Assembly (NCBI GenBank): GCA_964016885.1
Contig: OZ024740.1
Coordinates: forward strand, 428,172,001-428,236,000
Direction of reading: 5' to 3'
Length of the DNA: 64,000 bases
Source of the DNA: Eledone cirrhosa
Lineage: Eukaryota
Shown: positions 29,635-44,500 of the stretch, piece by piece
Layout: every line of letters starts with the position of its first letter
Numbering within the stretch: position 1 is the first letter of the stretch
Notes under the pieces: generated by a model
What the model saw: the letters and a program-made list of their open reading frames with translations, nothing else
Databases searched by the model: none
What the model was told of the DNA's origin: nothing
Made by a program: the position numbers and the translations under genes

Positions 29635-31480
29635 TATAACTGTATAGGCCTTACATTACAACTGTATAGCCTTACATCACAACTGTATATTCTACCTTAC
29701 AACTGTATAGCCTCACATCACAAATGTATATTCTATATCCCAACTGTATAGACTTACATTACAACTGTATATTCTACATTTACAACTTTATATTCTACAG
29801 TACATCACAACTGTATATTCTACATCACAACTGTATATTCTACATCACAACTGTATATTCTACAGTACATCACAACTGTATATTCTACACTACATTACAA
29901 CTGTATATTCTACACTACATCACAACTGTATATTCTACATCACAACTGTATATTCTACAGTACATTACAACTGTATATTCTACATCACAACTGTATATTC
30001 TACACTACATCACAACTGTATATTCTACATCACAACTGTATATTCTACATCACAACTGTATATTCTACAGTACATTACAACTGTATATTCTACAGTACAT
30101 TACAACTGTATATTCTACAGTACATTACAACTGTATATTCTACATCACAACTGTATATTCTACAGTACATTACAACTGTATATTCTACATCACAACTGTA
30201 TATTCTACATTACAACTGTATATTCTACAGTACATTAAAACTGTATATTCTACATCACAACTGTATATTCTACAGTACATTACAACTGTATATTCTACAT
30301 CACAACTGTATATTCTACATCACAACTGTATATTCTACATCACAACTGTATATTCTACATCACAACTGTATATTCTACACTACATCACAACTGTATATTC
30401 TACATCACAACTGTATATTCTACATCACAACTGTATATTCTACAGTACATTACAACTGTATATTCTACAGTACATTACAACTGTATATTCTACAGTACAT
30501 TACAACTGTATATTCTACATCACAACTGTATATTCTACAGTACATTACAACTGTATATTCTACATCACAACTGTATATTCTACATTACAACTGTATATTC
30601 TACAGTACATTAAAACTGTATATTCTACATCACAACTGTATATTCTACAGTACATTACAACTGTATATTCTACATCACAACTGTATATTCTACATCACAA
30701 CTGTATATTCTACATCACAACTGTATATTCTACATCTCAACTGTATATTCTACACTACATCACAACTGTATATTCTACATCACAACTGTATATTCTACAT
30801 CACAACTGTATATTCTACAGTACATTACAACTGTATATTCTACAGTACATTACAACTGTATATTCTACAGTACATTACAACTGTATATTCTACATCACAA
30901 CTGTATATTCTACAGTACATTACAACTGTATATTCTACATCACAACTGTATATTCTACATTACAACTGTATATTCTACAGTACATTAAAACTGTATATTC
31001 TACATCACAACTGTATATTCTACAGTACATTACAACTGTATATTCTACATCACAACTGTATATTCTACATCACAACTGTATATTCTACATCACAACTGTA
31101 TATTCTACATCACAACTGTATATTCTACATCACAACTGTATATTCTACACTACATCACAACTGTATATTCTACATCACAACTGTATATTCTACATCACAA
31201 CTGTATATTCTACATCACAACTGTATATTCTACACTACATCACAACTGTATATTCTACAGTACATTACAACTATATATTCTACAGTACATCACAACTGTA
31301 TATTCTACTGTACATTACAACTGTATATTCTACACTACATCACAACTGTATATTCTACAGTACATTACAACTGTATATTCTACAGTACATCACAACTATA
31401 TATTCTACAGTACATCACAACTGTATATTCTACAGTACATTACAACTGTATATTCTACACTACATCACAACTGTATATTA
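29635..31480. repeat. Minisatellite with 20/25-bp units (TACATCACAACTGTATATTC / TACAGTACATTACAACTGTATATTC) and a 375-bp higher-order repeat
   Basis: Rare variant TACATTAAAA recurs at 30231, 30606 and 30981. Confidence 0.97.
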
Positions 31481-33429
31481 TGCCGTACTATATATATTCA
31501 GCCTTATATTACAACTATGAAGACGACATTAAATTACTACTTGGAATTAATGTATAAGTATGTCTGTACCAAGCACCAAAGCCGTGTAAGATTAGAAACA
31601 TAATATATTCTATATCATTTAGCTACTAAACTTGCCGTGCTTTTCTTTACCAAAAGAACTAAACAAAGAAACAAATTAAATTAAAACGCCCGCCAGTTAA
31701 GGAAAATAAATATGTAAATCTTATAAATGTGCATACCTAAGTTAACTGGGTGTCTACTGAATGTGGTAGGAAAAACTCCCTTTAATGAAATTTCTCTCAT
31801 GTTTGGGGGAAGAACGCAACACCCTTAAAACTATTGTCGGTGACCTTACAAAAAAAAGGAACGATAATTTAAACAATTGAAAAAATAATTTCTTGGCGAT
31901 AATTTAAGTAGGTAGAAGAAGGAATGTCTGTTTTTTATTTACAAATGAGAAAAAAAGGGATGTTCCTGTTTATTAGAGCTCATCACTAAATATAGAGCTC
32001 ATAGGCTATATTATATTGATGAGGTTTAATGGATATTAGTCTTTCGCCTGCAAAGATCAGGTTTCCTTCCCTTAGGTGGTTTTCTGCTATCATCTGTAAT
32101 GTGCATATCGATATTATACGCAAGTATATATACATGTAGATATGATACATCAAATAACATCGTAATTGACAATATACACAGAAATTGAACGAAGACTACG
32201 TTACACTCTTTTATGTAATCAGTAACGTAATCCATGATACATTAAAAAAAGACATTATATATAAACTGCATTAGGTAAAAATTAGTGACGGAAATATGAA
32301 TGTTTATTTAAGCAATAGCTAACCGGAAGTGATGATATTTGAAAATTTTAAAGAAATGAATCTTAAAATAAGCATCACAATGATTTATATTTAATCAAGA
32401 ATAACGAAATTTAGCAGATAAATTATATCGAACTTACTTTACAAACGGGATAACAAAATACATTCTGGACGCAGTCCCGCACTCCTTACTTTATAGTTTA
32501 GATTAGTCCCAATAGATTAATTCTTAGTTCTTTGAAATTATGTTTCCTTTCCTTTGAGATTCGCCCTAATATTTGCCGCTAGGACTTTTCTTTCTCCAAC
32601 TAAGCAACAGGTTTCAATTAATAGAGAATTCTTGTGCGTTCTACATTTAGTACACCATCATTTAAATATTTAAATTAGTTTGGGTCATGACCTGTGTATG
32701 ATTATGTCTTAATATGCATATTTCTTAATTGCCATCTAGGAAATAGTGAAATTGGGATTTACTAAATAGAAATATATTCTCACTCGGCTTGAAGACTGAC
32801 GCTACAAACCATAGCAACAATATCTCTCTTAGATCAAACACGAAGATCTTTTTAAAAGTTGACAGATTCGATACTTTTGTGTGAAAAGACGGGCTGGTCA
32901 TAGCTAGAACTCCATTAATCTTAGGCTGACCTAGGCTTAACTTCAACAATAAGCGTGAAAATTAAAATGTGGAAGAATATTCTTCAATCGTTTTCAACAA
33001 TTGAGATATCTGGGTATATGTGATTAGCTCTAATTTCTTCATTGTGAATGTAACCGAAAATGACATCAACATGACTGCAGACAATACAGCAGAAGTTGAT
33101 ACGAAGTAACCAAAGTAGACTACAGAAGAATAATTTGGTGTATGATTTAAACTCTACATTTCCTTTCATATTGCTGTCTTACGAAAAGATAAAATATACT
33201 GGATTTCTCTGAGAATATATATACATGTGATGTGTGTTTGTGTATGATATAATGAAGGAGGAAAAAGATGTATTCATGGAAAATGCAGTGTCTATACGTA
33301 CAAAGAGAGGGAACTATATATACCAACATTCTTTGCTAGTAAGTTACATAGACAGAATGTTAGATGAGTACGTACATAGGAACGAGTAATGACTACAGTT
33401 AAAGAGAAACATTGGATTCTCTTATGCAA

Positions 33430-33461
<32 letters not shown>

Positions 33462-33471
33462 ATGTATACAC

Positions 33472-33528
<57 letters not shown>

Positions 33529-33606
33529 TATAGATATATATATATACATATGTATACATAATATATATACTATGTATATATATATTATGTATATACAATA
33601 TATATA

Positions 33607-33639
<33 letters not shown>

Positions 33640-33642
<3 letters not shown>

Positions 33643-33949
33643 GAATTGGTGCTCTGAAATAGCGATATATATATATGAATGTATATATAGTGTATTTTGC
33701 AAACACTGTATGCTTAATTAAAAGCATTTCGAAGACCTTACGCTATTGTTTTAGAGTAGTGACAGTCTCACTTACTTTAAATTTTCAGCAAACAGGGGAG
33801 ATAAAGCTAACAGAGCTCTGTTTCGTACTTTTTGGTACCTATCAAAGCTAAGTACTCCACCTGTTTGCTGAAAATCATGAATGTTTGATTCTTATAGAAT
33901 TCTAGTAATAATAAACACACAGTGTATTACAAAATACACTATATATACA

Positions 33950-33958
<9 letters not shown>
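33640..33958. mobile_element. Fold-back relic with variant hammerhead (33805-33849, -)
   Basis: Outer arms 33671-33709 / 33919-33958. Minus strand AGCT-TTGATAG-GTAC..GTAC-GAAA-CAGAGCTCTG-TT-AGCT inside the hairpin ATTTTCAGCAAACAGG/CCTGTTTGCTGAAAAT. Confidence 0.72.
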
Positions 33959-34005
<47 letters not shown>

Positions 34006-34043
34006 TTTTTTAAGATCCAAATTCAATAAACAAACCAGGATTT

Positions 34044-34103
34044 TTTCATTCTGAGGATTGAAAGCAAAACCTTTTGCTTTTAAGAAACCACTGGTAAATG
34101 GAA
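34044..34103 (+). ncRNA. Type I hammerhead ribozyme in pLTR relic 34004-34205
   Basis: TTTCATT-CTGAGGA-TTGAAAGCAAAA cc TTTTGCTTTTAA-GAAA-CCACTGG-TA-AATGGAA. Confidence 0.85.
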
Positions 34104-34230
34104 TAATTGCCTTATGTTGTTTATTACATAATAATAATTAAGCTCTGTTGCTTACATAGAGCACTCTTTTTTCCAGGACTTTTCCGACGGAATTACTTCA
34201 TTCACACATATATATATATATATATATAGT

Positions 34231-34472
34231 GGTAGAACACTGGAAGGTAATATCCGTAGTGGTAGAGCACTCAGTCCAAGGGACGAGTTAGGTAGAGGTG
34301 GTTACACAACAGTTAGTTCACCATACCGAGAACAATTGTTTCACCTTAGCGGATCTTCAGCTCGTAATGGGCATGGCTATCGTGATCTAACTGTTGTGTA
34401 AGCACTTCTACCTAACGCGTTCCATGGACTGAGTACTCTACCACTACGGATATTACCTTTCAGTGTTCTACC
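34231..34472. mobile_element. Fold-back relic with hammerhead in the loop (34327-34364, -)
   Basis: About 90-bp diverged arms. Minus strand CGAG-CTGAAGA-TCC gctaa GGT-GAAA-CAATTG-TT-CTCG. Confidence 0.85.
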
Positions 34473-34510
34473 CCGATATATATATATTTATATATATATG
34501 TATATATATA

Positions 34511-34600
34511 CCCACCCTATTACCCACTCTACTACCCCAAGTATTGAGAACTTTGGTGCGTTATGGTCCACCTGGTTCCTTACCACATTTCCTTCGTTAT
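34511..34600 (+). mobile_element. Family K tail-only relic
   Basis: Reverse complement of 19238-19320. Confidence 0.75.
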
Positions 34601-34611
34601 ATATATATATA

Positions 34612-35490
34612 TACGAACCCGATTTTCCTTCTTTCTAACATCGGATTCACTAGCGGAAGGTCTGTTTCTTACACGCACATATATTCACCCAGCTTATGCT
34701 GACAGAATAACCATGTTGCTTGTGTTTCTTTCTATCTTCGGTTAGCTTTCCCCTGTGTTGTTTACTTGTCTCACTCGCTTTACGCGTTTCAATTGTCCTA
34801 ATATAACTTATTTTAGTTATTGTCGCACCAACGTGAGGTATATGATTTTTAATGCGATGAAATACCAATGATCGTTAGTAAATCACTGATGAGGGACTCA
34901 TTTTATAACATGTAATACATGTGCAACCATGCAGTATTCTTCTCCCCATATTTTTCACATATATTTACCTAAACTGCGATTCTGTGTTTCTCTCTTTCTC
35001 TCTTACTGCTCCTTCGTTCTCTCTGTTTCTCTTACTTTCTTTCGTCCCCTCTGTCATGTCAGTTAACACTTTCTCTCTACTGACCTCTTCCTCGCACTTC
35101 CACTCACTCACTCTCTGTTTCTCCCCTTCTCACTTCCCCCCGTCCGCTACGAACCCGATTTTCCTTCTTTCTTACATCGGATTCACTAGCGGAAGGTCTG
35201 TTTCTTACACGCACATGTATTCATCCAGCTTATACTGACAGAATAACCATGTTGCTTGTGTTTCTTTCTATCTTCGGTTAGCTTTCCCCTGTGTTGTTTA
35301 CTTGTCTCACTCGCTTTACGCGTTTCAATTGTCCTAATAACTTATTTTAGTTATTGTCGCACCAACGTGAGGTATATGATTTTTAATGCGATGAAATACC
35401 AATGATCGTTGGCAAATCACTGATGAGGGACTCATTTTATAACATGTAATCCATGTGCAACCATGCAGTATTCTTCTCCTCATATTTTTC
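34612..35490 (+). mobile_element. Direct repeat pair (34612-34960 / 35148-35490), probable partial-tandem pLTR
   Basis: About 345-bp near-identical direct repeats around a pyrimidine-rich spacer. Each has a degenerate CTGATGA..AACATGTA hammerhead-like core before (TA)n. Confidence 0.6.
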
Positions 35491-35559
35491 ATATATATAT
35501 ATATATATATACATATACACACACACGCATATATACATATATATATATATTATATGTAT

Positions 35560-35620
<61 letters not shown>

Positions 35621-35642
35621 AGTATATATATATAAATATATA

Positions 35643-38600
35643 TAGTATTGATTATACTATTTATGGTTATGCAAATACAAAAACCTTTTGTAGTTATATA
35701 TATTTTTATAAACCCTAAATAGTGGTAGGCAGTAATATACTACTACCTTATTACCAGTAAGTTAAATAGCTCAATGTAATAACATCAGATGATTTACAGA
35801 GTAGTTATATGAATTATAAGAATCAAAGAACTGTTCAAAACATTTTTATGCTTACAACTGTTTCCTCCAAACCGAGGTTTGGATTCTTCGGAGCAATTTA
35901 TTATTGAATGAACACTTATATGACCTCCTTTTCACCCAAGAGACATATAGATACATATGCAAATATTGTGAGTCAACATTCATTACAGCATTTAGTGTGG
36001 CAGTACACATTTAGAGATTACATTCATATTAAAATTAAAAGATACAATCAAAAATACAGCTTAAAATACAACATGAAATTAAGCGGTTATAGTGTGCAAT
36101 GGTTATATGTGTGGCAAGCACGTGCGTCTTGTTTATATAGTGTGGCAGAGAGTTATGTTTAATAGAAGCACTTAAGCAAGTAATCAAGAGTGTTAAGAGG
36201 GTTGAGCTGGTAATGAATTCTTTATATGATTGTTATAGCCTGTGTGTGGAGAAATAATATAAGTATTAAAACTAATGTAAGCATTAAAAATATTGGAAAT
36301 GCGTAGCGAAGCGATGATATGGATTTCATGCACTGCGACATTTTCATAGTCTGGGGAGCGTACTTTTCAGATTATATGCCCCTCACATAATCCACGACGA
36401 TTCGATATTGGGCGTTTGACAATCCAGTTAGAGAATCGTAGTCTGATGTTCTTTAGCTCAATACAGGAGGATGTTACGTTGCGAGAATCGACATCGAAAT
36501 ATTACCCGGAAGTGTGTGTGGGGCTATGGGGAGTTAATGCATGAGGGGAGGTAACTCAGTGGTTTATATTACTAACTATTAAATTGTATCTCAAAACAGT
36601 CCCTAACTTATATGGTTATGCGCAGTTTCTAAATAATTTCTAAAATTTAAAGTGTTTTAACTATAAAGTAGTCTATTAAGTTGTGCTGAAGGTGTTCTTA
36701 TTATGGTGATTAACCTCCATCGTAGAGTGCCACAAATGAATATTATACACTACGAGCGAGATTTCTAAATTAATGATCACTGTGATTGCAGTCTACTCAA
36801 AGAACCAGGCAAGGTGATTGCAGAATCACTTCAACACACAATGATCCCTGGTAAGTTCCGGGTCAGTGCATGCTATATTGGATGTCGAAAGATAATCATC
36901 ACCAGGGCAGACCAGAGGTCAATCCACACTCCTCATATCTCCAATCTGACCATCAAATCATACATATATGTACAACCCATACGCCACTTGCAATACATTC
37001 ACTGCACTCAGCATACCGGTCGTACAGCTCATCAACGTTACTAGATTAATTAGTTTTCCATTTATCCAACGATGGCACTTCTTCTGCATAGCACCAACAA
37101 TACAATCAATTCAATGCTTAAATTTTACATTAACTATAAAGTGGTGTAGTGCAGTTCAAGCAACTGGATGTAGTCACACCTAATGTAGAAGTACAAAGGG
37201 GTATCCCACTGTGAAGGGTTCTAGAGGGATGTCCCGAGTTGTGTTATATTAGATCAATGAGTTTGGGGATGTAGTATAAGGTGTGCCCCTGGTGTTTGAT
37301 GCTAGAGGTGGTGTCTGGCTCAAGTCCGACATTGCTATATATTGGGCTTAAAGTTTTGGAAGGAATGTCTGAAGCGGTGCTGGCAAGTTGCAAACACTTC
37401 AGATTTTTTTGTTAAGTAGGTTACGGTTAGAGAAGATAATAGTGTGGGTCTCTAGTATACAGAGGTTACAATATTTATTAGGTGGTTTGTACGAAGTCGC
37501 TCTACCTATCACTTCCCATTTGAGTGTGTAAGGTTTATTTTTAGTTTTTAGATAGTGTATGTAGCTAGATAGTGAGGTGGAGTTGGCTAGACTGTGCTTT
37601 TTGAACGAGTGGATATGCGAATTAGCAGACTAACACCCAGGATAATTGTAACTGTAAAGCTAATAGAACCTGCCCTTTAGATAAAAAATGCCTAACCAAG
37701 GATATCATATACTCATGCACCGTCACAACTAGCAACTCTTCAGAAACCTATGTAGGCTCCACTTCTAACTGCTTCAAAATCAGATATAATTCGCATATCC
37801 ACTCGTTCAAAAAGCACAGTCTAGCCAAATCTACCTCACTATCTAGCTACATACACTATCTAAAAACTAAAAATAAACCTTACACACTCAAATGGGAAGT
37901 GATAGGTAGCGCGACTTCGTACAAACCACCGAATAAATATTGTAACCTCTGTATACTAGAGACCCACACTATTATCTTCTCTAACCGTAACCTACTTAAC
38001 AAAAAAATCTGAAGTGTTTGCAACTTGCCAGCACCGCTTCAGACATTCCTTCCAAAACTTTAAGCCCAATATATAGCAATGTCGGACTTGAGCCAGACAC
38101 CACCTCTAGCATCAAACACCAGGGGCACACCTTATACTACATCCCCACACTCATTGATCTAATATAACACAACTCGGGACATCCCTCTAGAACCCTTCAC
38201 AGTGGGAATACCCCTTTGTACTTCTACTTTAGGTGTGACTACATCCAGTTGCTTGAACTCCACTACACCACTTTATAGTTAATGTAAAATTTAAGCATTG
38301 AATTGATTGTATTGTTGGTGCTATGCGGAGGAAGTGCCATCATTGGATAAATGGAAAACTAATTAATCTAGTAACGTTGATGAGCTGTACGACCGGTATG
38401 CTGAGTGCAGTGAATGTATTGCAAGTGGCGTATGGGTTGTACATATATGTATGATTTGATGGTCAGATTGGAGACATGAGGAGTGTGGATTGACCTCTGG
38501 TCTGCCCTGGTGATGATTATCTTTCGACATCCAATATAGCATGCACTGACCCGGAACTTACCAGTTATCATTGTGTGTTGAAGTGATTCTACAATCACCT

Positions 38601-39599
38601 TGCCTGGTTTTTGAGTAGACTGCAATCACAGTGATCATTAATTTAGAAATCTCGCTCGTAGTGTATAATATTCATTTATGGCACTCTACGATGGAGGTTA
38701 ATCACCATAATAAGAACACCTTCAACACAACTTAATAGACTACTTTATAGTTAAAACACTTTAAATTTTAGAAATTATTTAGAAACTGCGCATAACCATA
38801 TAAGTTAGGGACTGTTTTGAGACACAATTTCATAGTTAGTAATATAAACCACTGAGTTACCACCCCCCATGCATTAACTCCCCTTAGCCCCACACACACT
38901 TCCGGGTAATATTTCGATGTCGATTCTCGCAACGTAACATCCTCCTGTATTGAGCTAAAGAACAACAGACTACGATTCTCTAACTGGATTGTCAAACGCC
39001 CAATAACGAATCGTCGTGGATTATGTGAGGGGCATATAATCTGAAAAGTACGCTCCCCAGACTATGAAAATGTCGCAGTGCATGAAATCCATATCATCGC
39101 TTCGCTACGCATTTCTAATATTTTTAATGCTTACATTAGTTTTAATACTTATATTATTTCTCCACACACAGGCTATAAGAATCATATAAAGAATTCATTA
39201 CCAGCTCAACCCTCTTAACACTCTTGATTACCTGCTTAAGTGCTTCTATTACACATAACTCTCTGCCACACTATATAAACAAGACGCACGTGATTGCCAC
39301 ACATATAACCATTGCACTCTATAACCGCTTAATTTCATGTTGTATTTTAAGCTGTATTTTTGATTGTATCTTTTAATTTTAATATGAATGTAATCTCTAA
39401 ATGTGTACTGCCACACTAAATGCTGTAATGAATGTTGACCCACAATATTTGCATATGTATCTGTATGTCTCTTGGGTGAAAAGGAGGTCATATAAGTGTT
39501 CATTCAATAATAAATTGCTCCGAAGAATCCAAACCTCGGTTTGGAGGAAACAGTTGTAAGCATAAAAATGTTTTGAACAGTTCTTTGATTCTTATAATT
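35643..39599. mobile_element. 3.8-kb fold-back Naiad-type PLE insertion
   Basis: Inverted arms 35812-37624 / 37787-39599 (1813 bp each), 162-bp spacer, tail 35643-35811 on the left only. U4C hammerheads at 35849-35895 (-) and 39516-39562 (+). Confidence 0.95.
37632..38076 (+). pseudogene. Naiad-type GIY-YIG endonuclease domain (5'-truncated, +1 frameshift near 38005); inverted partial copy at 37335-37624
   Basis: Manual translation NCNCKANRTCPLDKKCLTKDIIYSCTV..TYVGSTSNCFKIRYNSHIHSF..TSLSSYI..LKWEVI..YCNLCILE..LLNKK/SEVFATCQHRF. Not in the ORF track because it lacks a start codon. Confidence 0.92.
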
Positions 39600-39708
39600 G
39601 ATAAGTATATATATATATATATTTATATATTGATTTAGAAAGTGAACAACACACAATATATCAACTCCATTACCAAAGGTTTCTGGATCACAGATTATAG
39701 TAATATAC

Positions 39709-39769
<61 letters not shown>

Positions 39770-39895
39770 CATACAATCATAAGAGAGAGTGGGCGAATGA
39801 AATGTTTAGATTACTACTAAACAACAAACGTCCTGAAAGCCAACAAAGCTACATGATGGAAAATATGTTTATGAGTAAATCTGTGCATATATATC

Positions 39896-39959
<64 letters not shown>

Positions 39960-40027
39960 TATGTATTTATATATATATATAATTATATATATATATATAA
40001 ATATATATATATATTTATATATATATA

Positions 40028-40105
<78 letters not shown>

Positions 40106-40139
40106 TATATATAAATACATATATATATTTAAATATATA

Positions 40140-40241
<102 letters not shown>

Positions 40242-40286
40242 CATATATATATATATATAAATAGATATATATATATACATAGATGC

Positions 40287-40460
<174 letters not shown>

Positions 40461-40690
40461 AGACTATATGTACATATATATGTGAATTATTGTGATCGTA
40501 TGCATGGCTTCTCCACTATTTTTGCTTTCTTCCCATTTGGACATATTAAAGAATTCAATATGCCAGTCACTTCCGAAATATTTCTACCGGTTGATGCCTG
40601 TATTTCTCATCACACTTGTCTGTTGAAATATTTGTTGGTAGGTGGTCGTTGTAGCAAAGTATATACCATACTCTCTCTATCTCTCCTCTC

Positions 40691-40761
<71 letters not shown>

Positions 40762-40869
40762 TAGAGAGAGAGAGAGTATGGTATATATATATATATATAT
40801 ATATATAAACGGAAAAAATGAAACGAAATTTAATTTCTCACTCTTAGTACGGCTGTTACTTAAATATAA

Positions 40870-41090
40870 GTATGTACACGTACATACATAGATGTATACA
40901 GACAGACGTACAGTAGTATGTACACGTACATACATATATGTATACAGACGTACAGTAGTATGTATACGTACAAACATATATGTATACAGACGTACAGTAG
41001 TATGTACACGTACAAACATATATGTATACAGACGTACAGTAGTATGTATACGTACATACATATATGTATACAGACGTACAGTAGTATGCA
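40870..41090. repeat. 42-bp minisatellite, about 5 copies
   Basis: GTATGTACACGTACATACATATATGTATACAGACGTACAGTA. The unit and the adjacent 40806-40860 are homologous to 23600-23685. Confidence 0.9.
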
Positions 41091-41334
41091 TACACATATA
41101 TATATGGAGTTATGGATTTACCGAACATTTATTATAATGCCCGATTTGTTTGTAAACAAACATCCCGAATTAAGCCGTACAGTGTCTAGCAACCACCGTT
41201 GACCTTTTCTTCAACACTGATTCGGGATGTTTGTTTAGATACAGTATAAGTTACAGTATATATATATTAATTCTGCCATATATATGTATACAGTATATAT
41301 ATATATTAATTGTGCCGTATATATGTATAGAGTA

Positions 41335-41374
<40 letters not shown>

Positions 41375-41524
41375 TACATCATAACTGTGCATTTATGAAC
41401 TTCGCTTCCTCGCCATATGGTTCTGGGTTCCATTACATCCTGGAATAGGTTTTACCAGAGTGTCGGCTCGCGTCAAGTCTTTCGTATAATATCTCTTGAA
41501 TGAAACAGAAGGTTGTCAGATGAA

Positions 41525-44500
41525 AGGTATGAATGTATGACTGTATGACTGTATGACTGTATGACTGTAGGATTGTATGACTATAGGACTGTATGAATGT
41601 AGGACTGCATGAATGTATGACTGTATGACTGTATGACTATATGACTGTATGACTGTAAGACAGTAGGACTGTATGACTGTAGGACTGTAGGACTGTATGA
41701 CTGTATGGCTGTATGGATGTATGACCGTATGACTGTATGATTGTATGACTGTATGACAATATGACTGTATGACTGTATGGCTATATGACTATGACTGAAG
41801 GAGACTGTATGACTGTATGACTATATGACTGTATGACTGTAAGACAGTAGGACTGTAGGACTGTAGGACTGTATGACTGTATGACTGTATGACTGTATGA
41901 CTGTATGACCGTATGACTGTATGGATGTATGGCCGTATGGCTGTAGGGCTGTATGACTGTATGATTGTATGACTGTATGACTGTATGACTGTAGGACTGT
42001 ACGACTGTAGGACTATATGACTGTAGGACTGTAGGACTGTATGGCTGCATGACTGTATGACTGTAGGATTATAAGACTGTAGGACTGTATGACTGTAGGG
42101 CCGTATGACTGTAGGACTGTAGGACTATATGACTGTATGACTGTAAGACAGTAGGACTGTATGACTGTAAGACTGTATGGCTGTAGGGCTGTATGACTGT
42201 ATGATTGTATGACTGTATGACTGTACGACTGTACGACTGTATGAATGTATGACGATATGACTGTATGACTGTATGGCTGTATGACCGTATGGCTGTAGGG
42301 CTGTATGACTGTATGGCTGTATGACTGTATGACTGTAGGACTGTATGACTGTAAGACAGTAGGACTGTAGGACTTATGCCTGTATGACTGTAGGACGGTA
42401 TGACTGTATGACTGTAGGACTGTATGACTGTATGACTGTAGGACTGTAGGACTGTATGATTGTAGGACTGTAAGACAGTAGGACTGTATGACTGTAGGAC
42501 TGTATGACTAAGACAGTAGGACTGTAGGACTGTATGACTGTATGACTGTAGGACTGTATTACTGTAGGACTGTAGGACTTTACGACTGTAGGACTGTACG
42601 ACTGTATGACTGTATGACTGTATGACTGTATGACTGTAAGACAGTAGGACTGTAGGACTGTATGACTGTATGACTGTAAGACTATATGACTGTATGACTG
42701 TATTCCTGTATGGCTGTATTATTGTATTACTATATGACCGTATGACTGGATGACTGTAGGACTGTAGGACTGTACGACTGTATGGCTGCATGACTATATG
42801 ACTGTATGGCTGTATTCCTGTATGACTGTATTATTGTATTACTATAAGACTGTATGACTGTATGACCGTATGACTCTATGGCTGTATGACCGTATGGATG
42901 TATGACTGTATGACTGTAGGACTGTACGACTGTAGGACTATATGACTGTAGGACTGTAGGACTGTATGGCTGCATGACTGTATGACTGTAGGATTCTAAG
43001 ACCGTATGACTCTATGACTGTATGACAGTAGGACTGTATGACTGTAGGACTGTAGGACCGTTTGACTGTAGGACTGTATGAATGTATGATTATATGAGTG
43101 TATGACTGTAAGAGAGTAGGACTGTTGGACTGTATGACTGTATGACTGTAGGACTGTAGGACTGTAGGACTGTAGGACTGTAGGACTTTACGACTGTAGG
43201 ACTGTATGACTGTAGGACTGTATGACTGTAAGACAGTAGGACTGTAGGACTGTATGACTGTATGACTGTATGACTGTAGGACTGTATGACTGTATGACTG
43301 TATGACTGTAGGAGTGTATTACTGTAGGACTGTAGGACTTTACGACTGTAGGACTGTACGACTGTATGACTGTATGACTGTATGACTGTATGACTGTATG
43401 ACTGTAGGACTGTATTATTGTATTACTATATGACTGTATGACTGTATGACCGTATGACTGTAAGACTGTATGACTGTATGGTTGTATGGCTGCATGTCTG
43501 TATGACTGTATAACTGTATGACTGTATGACTGTACGACCTATGACTGTATGACTGTAGGACTGTAGGACTGTATGACTGTATGACTGTATGATTGTATGA
43601 CTGTATGGCCGTATGAATGTAGGACTGTATGGCTGTAAGACAGTAGGACTGTAGGACTGTATTACTTTAGGACTGTAGGACTATATGACTGCAGGACTTT
43701 AGAACCTTATGACTGTATGACTGTAAGACAGTAGGACTGTAGGACTGTATGACTGTATGACTGTAGGACTGTAGTACTGTATGACTGTATGACTATATGA
43801 CTGTAGGACTGTAGGACTGTATGACTGTATGACTATATGACTGTATGACTGTATAACAGTTGGACTGTAAGACAGTATGATTGTATGACTGTAGGACTGT
43901 AGGACTCTAGGACTGTAGGACTGTAGGACCGTATGACTGTAGGACTGTAGGACTGTATGACTGTAGGACTATATGACTTTATGACTGTAAGACAGTTGGA
44001 CTGTAAGACTGTATGATTGTATGACTGTAGGACCGTATGACAGTAGGACTGTAGGACTGTAGGACTGTATGACTGTATGACTGTATGACTGTAAGACAGT
44101 TGGACTGTAAGACTGTATGATTGTATGACTGTAGGACTGTAGGACTATATGACTGTAGGACTGTAGGACTGTAAACTGTATGACTATATGACTGTATGAC
44201 TGTAAGACAGTTGGACATAAGACTGTATGATTGTATGACTGTAGGACTGTAGGACTATATGACTGTAGGACTGTAGGACTGTATGACTATATGACTGTAT
44301 GACTGTAAGACAGTTGGACTGTAAGACTGTATGATTGTATGACTGTAGGACCGTATGACAGTATGACTGTATGACTGTATGACTGTATGACTGTATGACT
44401 ATAAGACTGTATGACTGTATGACTGTAAGACTGCATGATTATATGACTGTATGACCGCATGACTGTATGAATGTAGGACTGTATGACTGTATGAATGTAG

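Noticed and set aside
29724-31520. 598-aa ORF
   Set aside because: It lies almost entirely in a 20/25-bp tandem array.
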